Assembly: GCA_021613535.1 (NCBI GenBank)
Contig: CP075492.1
Location: 14,694,001-14,758,000, forward strand
Direction: 5' to 3'
DNA length: 64,000 bases
Source: Adineta vaga
Lineage: Eukaryota; Animalia; Rotifera
The translations under genes and the position numbers were made by a program. Below the pieces are notes generated by a model. It was not told the DNA's origin. It searched no databases and worked only from the letters and a program-made list of their open reading frames with translations. Within the stretch, counting starts at the first letter, position 1, and each line of letters starts with the position of its first letter. Below are positions 1-13,000 of the stretch, piece after piece.

Positions 1-1
1 T

Positions 2-827
2 TTAACTCTTCTTATAACTGGACTTGGAACACGTATTCTAAGTCAAAGTTTTCAAATTGATTTTACATTAACAAATCATCTTTGGTGTAAATTACGTGTT
101 CCTATTATTTACATTAATACGTTGAGTTCCTATACATTTCTATGTCTTCAATCGATTGATGCATTTTTGGTTACATCATTATCCGTTTCTTTTCGACAGA
201 AAAGTAATATACAAAGAGGTCGATATTTTCTGATTAGTTTTCTTCTTCTTTGGATTATTGAAGAATTACCTTATCTCTATTTTCAAGAATTAATTATCAG
301 TTCTGATGGAACGAGTTTCATGTGTATAACAATCAATTCAACATATGCGAAATATCGAATATATTTTGTTTATCTTTTTCTAACGACGATTGTTCCACTT
401 GTTCTAATAATTGGATTTGATTTTTTAACCTATCGACATCTACAAATGTATACACTTCAACAACAACGCCATTTACTTTCAATTCTTGCAAGACAAATGA
501 CTAAAATGACTCTATTTCATATAGCTGCTGTTTTTCTCTTTCAAACACCATTTGCTATTGCACAATGTTATTTCCTTACCACAGGACTTAGTAAAGAACC
601 TATTCGAAATGCACAAGAACAAATCATACAACAATTTTTCAATATACTTGGATATGGCATCTATGCAGTAAGATGAAAAACTTTTCTTTTTCAATATGTA
701 TTCAACTGTTGTTTGTATATAGACATCGTTCTATTGTTATTTTATTGCATCAAAACGTTTTCGTCAACAAGTATTCAATGCATTTTTTAACCATCGACAA
801 GGCCAAAATCGAATACAACCGACATAA
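2..827 (+). CDS. Rhodopsin-like (class A) orphan GPCR, 5'-truncated by the window edge
   Basis: Frame is open from base 2 (…WCKLRVPIIYINTLSSYTFLCLQSIDAF, a TM3/DRY-like region) with hydrophobic TM segments. GT-AG intron 668-722 joins to TSFYCYFIASKRFRQQV…QPT* (TM7/helix 8); stop at 827. Confidence 0.85.
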
Positions 828-928
828 ACAAGTTGCATCATTGATTTGCTAAGAAACACGTGTTGTCGTTTTTCTTTCTCGAAGTAAAAGAATATATAGA
901 ATATTTCATAATCATTTTGTAATTTTAT

Positions 929-2092
929 ATGATGCAAACAGAGAATGTGTTTATTATTGCTGGAGCAGGCATTGGAGGTTTAGCAACTGCTTTAGCATTG
1001 CAACAGAATGGATTTTCGTATGAAATTTATGAACGTGACATAGATTTTAATTCTCGTCGACAAGGTTATAGTTTAACTATTCAAAAGAATGGATTTGCAG
1101 CATTGAAAGAACTTGGTTTAGGTGATTGTGTACGAGAGATGGGTGCAGATTCTGTAATCGCAGGAACAGCTACATACAACAATTTGGGTGAAGTGATCTT
1201 TTCTAAATCTAAACGAAATAGGGATCGATATAATTTCAATAATTTTGCAGTACCACGACAATCTCTTCGTACATGTCTAATGAATGAATTAAAACCAAAT
1301 GTTATTCATTGGAATAAAGAAATTATTCGATATGAATCGTTACAAAATAATTCTCATCAAATTCGAGTTATCTTCTCGGATAATACATCCGTTGTTGGTC
1401 GTGCATTGATTGGCTGCGATGGAGTTCGTAGTACAATTCGTAAACAAATGTTAGGTGATGATTTGAATTATCTTGGTGTATGGGCGATTAATGGTATTTC
1501 ATCTCATCAACAGAATCCACTTCTTGTCAATAAAACTGTTCAGATGCTTGATGGAAAATCTCGTTTATTTATTAAACCATATTCTCTTCATAAATCTATG
1601 TGGCAATTGACTTTTCAAGTTTCGAAAGATGATCAAACTTACAATCAAAATGATTTAGAAGATTTATTAAATAAAGCAAGACATACTACGAAAGATTGGT
1701 ATGAATCAATTACAAAATTAATTCATGACACGTCAGTTTCAGATATTCGTGCTGGTCCAGTTTTTGATCGAGATCCATTGGAAATTATTCGCAAAGACGT
1801 CGAATGTGTGACAATGTTAGGTGATGCTGTACATCCTATGAGTCCTTTTAAAGGACAAGGAGCGAATCAGGCATTGACGGATGCAGTTAATTTAGTAAAA
1901 TTTATAATGAAATATCAAGAAGAGAATGATGGCGTCGAAAAAGCTTTTCATGATTTTGAAAATGAAATGCTCATACGTTCAAAACGTTCTGTTTTACAAT
2001 CAAGATCAGCGGTAAAATTTCTTCATACTAACAATGCTCTTCTAAACACAAATATGTCTCAATTTATCAGTGGTAAACTTGTATTCGAATAA
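929..2092 (+). CDS. FAD-dependent monooxygenase (group A flavoprotein aromatic hydroxylase; salicylate hydroxylase/TetX-like fold), intronless
   Basis: Motifs IAGAGIGGL (GxGxxG), IGCDGVRS (DG motif) and LGDAVHPMSPFKGQGANQA (GD motif). Confidence 0.9.
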   Translation: MMQTENVFIIAGAGIGGLATALALQQNGFSYEIYERDIDFNSRRQGYSLTIQKNGFAALKELGLGDCVREMGADSVIAGTATYNNLGEVIFSKSKRNRDRYNFNNFAVPRQSLRTCLMNELKPNVIHWNKEIIRYESLQNNSHQIRVIFSDNTSVVGRALIGCDGVRSTIRKQMLGDDLNYLGVWAINGISSHQQNPLLVNKTVQMLDGKSRLFIKPYSLHKSMWQLTFQVSKDDQTYNQNDLEDLLNKARHTTKDWYESITKLIHDTSVSDIRAGPVFDRDPLEIIRKDVECVTMLGDAVHPMSPFKGQGANQALTDAVNLVKFIMKYQEENDGVEKAFHDFENEMLIRSKRSVLQSRSAVKFLHTNNALLNTNMSQFISGKLVFE

Positions 2093-2338
2093 ATAAATCA
2101 TTCGAAAGACTTGAATTATTTTGTCATTCTAAACTTTTACTGTGTATTATTTGAAAATAAACAGTAGAAGCTATATTCACGATCAATCACACATTGATTA
2201 CTATAATTTTGATATGTTAACCTACTCAAAATTCGGACAAAGAATTTTTTCATTAATTATCTGATCAACAGAAAAATGATTATTAACAAAAAAAAAGAAA
2301 GAAAAAACGAAATATTAATAGTTTATCAAATGTAAGAT

Positions 2339-2693
2339 TCAACAATGAGAAAGATTGCCGTAACAATAAAAACTAGATACATAACCAATGCCTCCTTGTT
2401 TTAAATTGATTTGATACCATTTATTATCGTTCGTTTCACCAATTTGAACATTTTCACCTTTCACCCAACAATCAGCTGGATATCTATCTCCTGCATGAAT
2501 AGTGCTTATAGATGAACAATGCGTATTACTACATAGACGAATATCTGCTTCTTGCTTACATTCCACAAATCCAGTCTAGATAAAACTTAATTTTTTATTA
2601 TATTTTTAAAATAGAAACGATGATCATTACTTCGGATTGATGAATTATCATCAATAATAATAACAACACCAGAACAATAGAAATGATGTGCAT
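2339..2693 (-). CDS. Small secreted six-cysteine SH3b-like protein (paralog A)
   Basis: Exon 1 (2693-2631) encodes signal peptide MHIISIVLVLLLLLMIIHQSE. GT-AG intron 2630-2576. Exon 2 reads TGFVECKQEADIRLC…DCWVKGENV…KWYQI…GYVSSFYC…C*. The pattern C-x3-G-x2-V…W…GYVS resembles bacterial/fungal SH3b. Confidence 0.7.
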
Positions 2694-4936
2694 GTTTTTC
2701 TTTAGATTGAGCATGACCTTCGAACACTGTATCTTTGCTTATTATATACAAAGACGAGAATAAGAAGAAAAAGAATGTTCGTCAGTCACGATTGAATGCA
2801 CATTATCTACACGTTGTATTCATAGATCATTCACATAAGAAAAAGAATGAGACAAAGAAAGTAAATGTATACATCGTCTTTTTTGTGTTATATTTTGATG
2901 CGTACAGTAAACTTTTCTAGATAACTTCAGCGAGTTCAATTTCTTATTCTTTTTCTTATCCTCATTATGTATGAATTGGTTTACAGGTATGTATATAAAA
3001 TTGTATTAATATCTTACCTAATTGTATTTATGTATAACAGAATTCACGATCAATGAAATGATTCAATCATATCACTAATTTCTTTACAGAAATACAATTA
3101 GCTGTAGCTGTATAGAGGTCGTTCGAAATCGTAATAGCATATTCCTACAAAACAAATATTTTCTTCAAATTAGATATCATTTACGTAGCATTTGCTTAAA
3201 CGTACGTATGACTATAACGAACAACTTCGACAGAAACATATCAATTATCCAACAGGTGGAGATTTTCCACGAAGAAAGCCAGTGCTTATGCTTAATCGGA
3301 GTAAAAAATCTTCCAAGATATTTATATTAGTTCCCGCCTTTACATATTCAACCAAAACAATGGATTCATCAAATGGCTACGTTTGTTGAGGATTCAGTTC
3401 ATGTACATTTTTTTCTCTTCCATCAAGTGACGATATCTATCACGTATGTTTCCGCATGCATACGTCCTCATCTGTGTTCTTATAGTTCGCACTTTTTTAT
3501 GTACTTAATTTGTTTTTTGATCAGGCGATCGGATATAGTATGATACTGGATATTCCTCGTGCTATATATAAAGGATGGAGAACAGACATTAGGGCGGAGG
3601 GTGCTCTTTCAAAGAATAAAGTATCAACATCTATCTCTTGGACCCAGCATAGACATTGTCACGACCATTTTTAAATTTTCATTTTCAATAATAAACTATA
3701 TGAATGTAATCTATTACGTCTTCAGAAGCAATCAATTCATTTAGAATATCAAAAATGAGATAGAATACTCGTATTATTCAGCAGAGCGATATTTTAAATG
3801 TTCTCTAATATAAAGGAATTCACAATCTAGTTCTTGCGCATAAATACGATGAAATTTAATTGAAAATAAAGAACATTAACAAATATAATGAATTCTAATA
3901 GTTGTGATGATATCTTTTGTTCAGTCAATTAAATTAAAAAAAATGTCTATCTTGAAGCAATTTAGGAACTTCAGCACAGTCTTCACGAGACGAGATTCTT
4001 GAAGGATATTTATACGTTTCCTCATATGAATGAGCCCATTGTTTTTCATCTTCATAAGCATAATCATAAGTACTTCCAAGAATAAATATCTATATAATCA
4101 ATAACTTGAACGATCATTTATAGTCCACGGCTGTTGACAATTACACATAAATGATTAATTATATGAAGGTAGTACAATAGAATATTCATCATTTAGAGAA
4201 ACATTATAACTGGAGTATCACTTCGAAGCACAAGAGCACTACGAGAACATTGCAGCATCTTGAGGGTGGAGGAAATCAAGGATAAAGATTAGAGATGCAT
4301 ACCTTCACAATAATTTCAACTGATAAAATTGTTGACTGAATCAATAAGCGAATAGACTAGAAAATATTGAAGAAAAGGTCAATTATAAAGTTGCATTCAT
4401 TTGATAGAATATATTCGGTAAGATTATTCTTGTTGTTAAAGTAGATGTTAGGATTAGTTCTATTGTAGTTGTTCGTCGAGCGGAACGTTCTTTTAAGATT
4501 ATTACTGTTACCAGAATACTTGTAACCCGTACAAATGTGATAATAACACACCCACACACACCCACACACACCAGTAGAATGTCATGTCTATATTGAGATT
4601 TTCAGTCGCTATTTGGACACTAAAATCATGAAATGGAATAATGAATTTATTATTGAAAAAGTCAGTTTTAATGTAGGACGAAAACAATGCTGCTAAATCA
4701 ATAAATACATCGTCTTGGAATTAATATTAATTGATATGTTCCATTTGTGTTTTCTTGATAAAATGTTAGCGCGAGGTATGAAATGAATGAGAACATCTTG
4801 AGAATTTGCATGGCTGAATATTTATTATAAAGCTGTACATGAAAATATAGAAATATGCAGGGTAATATACAATTCAATTGCTAGTTAATAAGCAAAGGAT
4901 AGAGGATAAGTAGAATTCATGTTTATGTTTTTCATT

Positions 4937-6195
4937 TCATTGATTTGTGGTAGCGACTGATTCACTGATTATGTTTTTGCTTCTCTCACGTGCATTAGTA
5001 ACGATGAGATCGATAACGTTGCTGTTGAGTGCTACATTAGCAAGAATAGCAATAGGGTTGACACTGTGTGTTATATCAGTCACGGTAGCTTGTGCGTTGA
5101 CCGTGTTAGTTTTATTTTGTTCATTCGCCGGAGTAACAATAGATTCGATTGCATTACCACCCAGTATCACATTAGCAGCGGTAATAATAGGATCAACCAT
5201 ACTATTATTAGCTGGTAGAGTAGTAGTATTATTTGTACATCTTGCACGTGCATTAGCAATGACTGATTCAATTGCATTACTACTAAGTGTTACATTAGCA
5301 GCAGTATCGATAGAACTGATTGTTGTTGTAGTCAGATCAGGTATTCTTTTCAAAGAAGAAAAAAAAACGTTGAGAAAAATATAAATGAATGTCAAAGAGT
5401 TATTACCCTTTGACTGATCCTTGTGATTGAATTTGAGTATTTGTTGCTGCTTGTGCATGAGAAGTAATGATAGTTGTCGTTGTTGATTCCAATAAATGTT
5501 GAGTTTCTTGTTGATTTATTTCCAGAATTTGATCAGTAAGATTATCAATATTTGTTTTATTCTGTAATTGACTTTCAATTAATGCATTCACTTTATCTGT
5601 ATTAGCTTGATTATTTAAAATATCGATTTGTTTTTTTGCTTCATTTAAAATCGTTTGTTGTTTAGTTTGTAGATCATGTTCTAAATCTGCTAATGTTTTA
5701 GCTTTAACAGCATCTAATGTTTGAATAACATTTTTTAATTGATTTTTATATTCATTATCAATAATTAAATGGCGTCGATTAGCCATAGATAGCAATTCTT
5801 CCTGTTGATGTTGAGTATTTGTAAGAACATCTGCAATTGATTTTTGAACCTATATTTACAATTGAATTAACAGAGAAAAATATATAAGACAAAATTACTA
5901 GTTCATTAATTTCTGCCACACGTGCTCGAGAATATTCATTTACTTGTGCATATGTTGTACCTAATTGTAGGAGTAAATTTTCAATGTTTAATTTTGTATT
6001 GATTGTTGCATTTGCTTGAGTTTCTGATGATATAACAGATTGTACTTGAACATTATCAGCTGCAGCCGATGTATGAAGATGTTCACTGGCAGTTGTACTC
6101 TGTTCTGTAACAGTTTGATTTTTGTCTGTAGTAGAATTTTGTTCGTCGGATTGTGCTGAAAAGGTGCCAAATAATGCATTAATAATCGACGACAT
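4937..6195 (-). CDS. Hydrophilic coiled-coil protein with three C-terminal ~22-aa repeats (about 382 aa, 3 exons)
   Basis: In-phase GT-AG introns 5898-5850 and 5406-5346 join ORFs 5779..6195, 5403..5795 and 4937..5458. Q/E/T/N-rich helical core. Repeats: ANVTLSSNAIESVI / ANVILGGNAIESIV / ANVALNSNVIDLIV. Confidence 0.75.
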
Positions 6196-6813
6196 TATAT
6201 TTTCTAATTAATAATTGAAAACAGAAAAATATTGGATCTAAAATGAATTTATATCTAAATTGTTAGATTGAGAAAAAAAAATATTCATAACATGATATAG
6301 GTTATAGAAATTCTCCTTTTTTCCATCTCTTTACATATTTTGTGCGCAATATGTTTATTGTTATTATGATGCTCTTAGGCACATGCTTTGTTTTTTCTTC
6401 TCTATTATAGAACATAGCTCTATATGCAATGTACCAAACGATAGAACTAGAAAGAAAAAAAAATGCTTATATGAATTATTTCCACTGATATTACTCAAAT
6501 GTGGACAGAAAAACAAGAAAATATTATCTATGTCGAGGAAATGTTGATGCACTGATTGATTGCTTCGTAATATGATATAACCGATAAAGGTTAAGAGATG
6601 ATGATGTTATTGCACAGTAAAACTTGATCAATGAAATTCGATGTTCTCTATATACAGTACAATACTCTGATTCTATTGACAATTTTTTTTAAGAACAAAT
6701 ATTCTTTCGTTTTACATATTTTTATTATAAAATGAGCGGTGTGTGAAAAACATTTTCATTTATAAGAACTCCGATCATTAAAATGCACTGTATAGTTAGT
6801 ACGAAGATGTAAT

Positions 6814-9113
6814 CTATTTCGAGTCTTGTTCTAGACGATTGATATTTGCGAGTTGTTCATCAATTTCCTTGGCTTGTTTCTCCCAGTTCATATCTTCATA
6901 GAGTTTTTTGGCTGCTGTCAAGTTTATACGAGCTGCTTCGAAATCACGTAAGCCAAGTTGAAGATCAGCTAGCTGTATGTGACTTTGAATCACAATGTTC
7001 TTTTTATCTTCGATCTCTTGCAAGTCGTGAAATGGAAGTATCTCATTGCTCTGTACCGTTGCATGATGTTTCAAAAGTCGATACTTCAATGCTGATGAAA
7101 GATCTTTGAGATTGTCTTTGTAGATGTTGGATATACGTTGATAAATGCGAGACAAATCTTCATGATTGTTCTGAGCGACGTAGATCTTACAGATTTCTTT
7201 GTAGTTTATCAGAGCCTCATCAAATATCTCCATCTCTTCCTGAAGCTCAGCAATATTCTTGTAGCATTTGCCCAATTGTCTATCGATAGGTGAGCAAAAT
7301 TTTAAAAGAGCTTGAAGTCGAAGTTGTTCGTAGTGTAGAGCAGATTTTTTGTCTTCCTTTTTATCATTTATCTCTTCCTTTTCTAAGTAAACCGTCGATA
7401 AGATCTGATATAACACTGCTTTTTGTCTTTCATTATCTGGTAACTGATTCAGAGTGGTTTTACAGATTAATATTGCAGCATCATATTGTTCCTGAGCCGA
7501 CTTGTCGTCCTCGAAATGAAAGTAATGCAGGCGACCTATTTTCAGATGAAGATTGGCAATTTCGAAACCATTGTTCTCAGGATATCTTTGCCAGATTGTA
7601 AGCGCTTGTTTGTAGTATGTCAATGCTGCTTTGTAATTTTCCCGACCATATCCCTCTTGATATCCACCCAATGCTCTGTATCTCTCGGCCTCCAGTTGTT
7701 CTCCCTCCGAAGTAAATAATTCATTGAGTTCATCGAAAATAGTGTTAATCTCCTCTTCTGGAGCATCTTTGCACACTTTTCCAGCAATGATACTAACACA
7801 CTCTTTCAGACTAATTTTTCTGTTCTCGAACGGCAGAATATAATCATCTTCCAATGTCAGCATCACCTTGATAATCTTTTCATCTTCACTGTAACTACTG
7901 CTCCGAAGACGAAGAAATGTTCCCATCATGAGAAGTATTTCTTTCTCGTTGGAGAATTCACTCAAATGAGAAATATCTCCGAAAGGTTTAGAGTTGTATC
8001 TGGCGTTTAGATTAATTTCTAGCAGCACCCGGACGTAACCTTCCATCACTGAGGATATAGGCGGAAGAAAACTGAGCGATAGACGCCGATCAAGCGATGT
8101 CGACAGAAAACTGGTTAACCTCACCATATAGGCAGACTTTAATGTTTCGACTTCATCCTCAGACATGATCTGTCCTCGAAACACTTGCACTTGTACGTTG
8201 TCTACGTTGGTGGTTTTGAATGTTTCGTGTTCCTTTTTTAATTGGAGAAATAAATCTTTAATGTAGTAGCCGAATGCAAACATTACTCTGACGTTGTACT
8301 GTCGATTAGCTTTGTTGATCAAGCGAAAAAAGAAGGTATCCCGTGTATACCACCAAACAGCCTTATCAGGAGTATACTCACGCTCGAACTCATCGATAAC
8401 ACGCAGTTCTCCAACTTTTCCATCGTAATAATTTCGTAGTTCAGTAGTGAGACGCTGGTGGCATACTTCTCTTGGATAAGGTAAGTGGCAGAGAGCATCC
8501 ATAAATATTACCCACCATGAAGCAGAACCAGATTCTGTTGTTCTATCTTGTTTGTCGAAGTTACCAAATACACCATCCTTCTCTTTTTCCAGATATCTCT
8601 TTACGTCACTATCGACTGCCTGAAGTAAGGATTTGTGATTCGTGTACACTTTCTTAACCTGCAGTAAAAAAGTGTCTTGCGTCGCAGAAAAAAACTAAGT
8701 TTAAATCTTACCTTTGTGTACGAACTCGGCCAGCTTTGAAGATGTTCACTATTCTGAGAGTAGACAAAAATTGAACGAATGTTTTGCAAGTGATGAATTT
8801 CTGGAATTAACTGCTTGCCGATGTTGTCTGAACAGACTAGAAAACACACGACATATTGTGACTCTTGTAGATAATGTTTACAGGAGTCTTGATTGTCAAA
8901 GAACTTGGTGTAGTCGACAATTTCACGTAATTTGGAGATGGTCAGGTCTCCATTTAAGCCATCGTGAACATGGTTATCGCACCAGACTAACTGATGTGAC
9001 TCAAGATTGAGTCGTTCACGGTCGAAAAGGCGAGATCGTATAGGGGAATTTCCTTGAATTGTATTATCGGCCGATATCATGGAAGATTGTGATGATCCAA
9101 CGAATGTGTTCAT
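6814..9113 (-). CDS. R-S-E class ADP-ribosyltransferase with TPR repeats and an N-terminal receiver-like alpha/beta module (paralog 1)
   Basis: Intron 8711-8659 joins the two ORFs in frame (…SYTK|VKKVYTN…). ART motifs VFRGQ, FLSTS and SNEKEIL. C-terminal TPRs (AALTYYKQALTIW, EALINYKEI). Start codon uncertain (9113 or an upstream Met). Confidence 0.85.
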
Positions 9114-10026
9114 ATTTTTTGTAGCCGTTAAATTTCGTCTTCTCAATAGTTTTAACTTTAGTTTGTCTCCATGGCTCGAGAAACATAACATTACTGTTCT
9201 GTGTATGTGCTGCTTTTTTTTCATCGCTTCATCATCATCTCCATGGTTTACGTTTTACGGAGAACAAGTAAAATAAATGTGTTCTCACAATTTCCACTTT
9301 TGTTTGTTTGTCGGAGAAGGCGTAAACACGTGTTTTTACGCGTCCAGACGTGCACATTTCAACACGTTATAAATGTATTTTTGTGAAAAACTTTCTCCGA
9401 TTGTGTCTGCCTGGCAAATGTTTGATTCATATATTTTCTTTCGACAGGTTCAACTAAAATAGCAAAAAGTAGAACGACGAGATTATTGTCAGAAACAACC
9501 ACCATGACGATTGTAGGGTGAACCCTATATCAACAATAAAAATTCAACAATGTAAACAAACGTCGTAATGCTTTATTATTATTATTCGATATTTTATTTA
9601 ACAAAACATAGTACACAATGATGCTATTAGTCAACACATGATGCAGTTTATTTACTGTCGTTGGTTAGTTTTTTAGACCTTTCATAAAGCGCAGAAGAAA
9701 TATTTATTAATGTATATTAAGTATGAATGGTTCTAATTTTGTTAGCCATGACAATAATTTCATCAAGTTTTTTTATGACTTTAGGTGGCATAAAATGACT
9801 TAAATTTGAGTTCTGATTGATTTAAATCAATCACTTCCTTTTCCCCTGATAACCAGCTTCTTGCATAAGAACAAATTCATCTGGAGGTATGATGAAGATC
9901 ACTTCTCTTCAGCTATATATCCTTTTTCATTATTAAGTTCCTATTTGACAAAAAAAGCAAAAACTTTATTAATTTAACAATATCAATCACAAAAAACGAC
10001 AATAATTCGTTCATTTCTTTTGTCTG

Positions 10027-13000
10027 CTAAATATAACTAAAGCAATGATTTCTCCTACAGCTTTGTCGCCATTTTTTCATTGACTTGACAAATTTTTCTT
10101 TGTACAGTGTTGATGGCAGAACGTACATGATAAAAATCAAAGTCGTAGGAATAAATGCCGTAAAATAACTCGAAACATATAACCAGGAGCTTTGAGATGC
10201 TTTTACACATCGAAACAATGATGAAATAATAATAAATGGCAATGTGAAGATGACCAATAGCAGAGGACCAATAAGTAACGGTTTGTGTTGATAAACTTGC
10301 TCTCTAAGATGCTGACGGCGACCTTTATATTTTCGAGCTGCTGCTTTTCGACGAACAATTGTATAAATAATGAATAGAGATGAGAAAATATTGATAAAAA
10401 ATGGTCCAAGCACATGAAGAAATGAAATTGCTGTTGTATAGATATATAAATTTGATGAATAAAGAGTAACACACCAGACACGATCTTCTTCAGTATCATC
10501 AAATAAATCACGAGAAAAGCATTCATAAATATTTGAACCGATAAGTAATAATACTAAAACAATCACAATACATCGAGCAGCTTTGATACTATGTGTTTTA
10601 TTGAAAGATATTCCTTTCGAAGTATTTATGGCACGTTCAATTGATACACAAGCATTCAACCAATTATTCATCCATGAACAAAATTTCAGTAAAGGTTCAA
10701 TCGACAAACATCCAAAACGAAGAACAGCACGATTTGTTTCTAAATTCATTTGAGAAAGTAAAACAAACCAAAATTTCATCATCAACACGGTAATAGTAAT
10801 CAGTGAAGTGATTGACAACATTAAAAGATAAATGCCACATCCAACTACACGCGTATCTCGCCGAGAAAATGTAATTAATGAAAGAATACTATTGACTAAG
10901 CCAATAACAAATAATATCATGGTAAAAAACATACTTAACTTAACCATTTCAGATTGATTACTTAGACGAATATTTGATCGAATTTCATATCGAAAGAGAT
11001 CATCAAGTGTTAATCCTATTCCTTTCGCATAAAATTGACATTGATTACCAAAGAAACAATCAATACAATTACATATAGTTGTAAGTGGACATATTGGATG
11101 ATCTTGTAAACATTGTCCATCATTGAGACAATGAACATTTTCTTTGCATTGAAAATCATGTTGATGATCAAATGCAAAACAATTAGCATGATGTTCTGTT
11201 GTACATAAACACATATACGATTCATCAAAGAAACATTTTAAATGAGGATTGTTTTGACATAAAGTATGATAATATTTAATTCGTTGAATTCTGAGTAATT
11301 TGATTTGTTTAGAATCGAGAAGTTCATTAACAGACGGACATCGTCGAGTGGAATCGATTGTTGTTGAGATGTTAGATGTTTCCGATTGTTGAAGCACAGT
11401 CAAATAATAGTTATTATTCGTTAGAATAAACACCATTTGAAATACTTGTTGGAGATAAAATGTCACATTTCTCTGCAGTGTAGTTATTTTTCTTAGTATT
11501 GTTTCGTGTGCTATTGGTGGCTCCCAGGGAATGTTTGAATAGATAAACGCTATCAGATATGATGATATTTTTCTATCATTGAGAGTGATATGTAACCGTG
11601 ACGTTGGAGATTCACATCTTTCTCCTCGAAATTCTTCGGGACATAAACATTCATAACTAGTATCAACCATTCGTTCATCAGTAACAACGCACACACCATT
11701 ATTTTCACAATAATTTATTGGACATGAATGTTTGAGCAAACAACGATTACCGAACTTTTCAAGAGGACAAATACAGATTGATCGATTATGTGCACGGTCA
11801 ATACAAATTGAATCAGATGAACAATCATCGCAATCAATTGAAATATGACACTGAGCACCAGTCCAACCTTTCTGACATTGACAAAAGAACTTTTCTTCAT
11901 TTATATACTTCACACAGATACCATGTTGACATTGAAGAGAACACAAACCAGAATAAGCAATATGATTCGATCCCAAAGTTAATAGAACAGCAAGTCGGTT
12001 CACTGGCAGAAAATTGAAAGGAACTTTGAAATACCAACTAGCAAGATATTCCACTGAAACCTTATCATAAACATCAATGTGAATACTGTAGTTTTTTGAA
12101 AGATGTTTTGGTCTTGTTGAATACGGAAGATATTTATCGAATGGTTGACCACATGTTATTTTAGCAATATAGATGATTTGTTCATACGATTGTATTTGTT
12201 GTTGATCATTATCATCATCAATTAGTTTAATGAAAATAGCAAAAGTATGATATCGAATGATAGCTGATAATATTAATGTAAGACTCACTCGTTGATTCTG
12301 ATATTGACATTGATTTCCATAATAATTTGGTGGACATAGACAAATTGTAGTGTCATTTTCATTTCCTAACCAAAGACGCATGGGTGAACCACGTGTGCAT
12401 TGCCATGATGGAGTATAAACGTGTGAAAATTTTTGTGGTGCATCATCAGCAGAAGTGATGATATTATTTTCGACTAATGGACAGGTTTCAGATGATTCTA
12501 ATGTGAATGGAACACGAGACATGGTACCAAAACGACAAAGAATATCTTGAACTTCAGTGAGATTATAATCAGTCCATTCTTCACATACGTCTGTATAATA
12601 TATTTCATTATGTAAATCACATAGTATAAAAGGTTCGATACATCTTGCGTCATTCAAACAACGAAAACTATATGAAATTCCACTAAAGAAATCTGCTACT
12701 CGACATAATTGTGGTTCATCTATTCCGCCAAGACAATCAACAATGCCATTTCTCACTTCATGTGCTGGTATACATATCATTGTATAATTATAGGGTGACG
12801 TACATTCAAGAAAACGATGAGAACAGTTCGATGGTCGACACTTTTCTTCATCTTTACCATTTTCACAATCCCAAAATCCATCACATCTTGTATAAATATT
12901 ATTGCAAGGCCAATATTCACAATCACTTTCATCTGTATAATTTTGTCCATTGATTATTTCAGGTGAAGTATCAATCGTTTTATCACATATTTGATTGAAA

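Noticed and set aside
2950-4500. Short ORFs and possible gene relics between the SH3b-like gene and the coiled-coil gene
   Set aside because: No recognisable domain, splice-consistent structure or repeats.
4545-4572. CACACCCACACACACCCACACACACC as an interstitial telomere
   Set aside because: Only two CCCACA words within a CA microsatellite; too short to distinguish from a simple repeat.
4947-5384. 145-aa hydrophobic plus-strand ORF that looks like a membrane protein
   Set aside because: It is the antisense shadow of the Thr/Asn/Ala-rich last exon of the spliced minus-strand gene, whose splice phases are consistent.
6651-6793. TATACAGT…ACTGTATA as Tc1/pogo MITE ends
   Set aside because: The inverted match is only about 8-10 bp in AT-rich DNA, which is not enough support.
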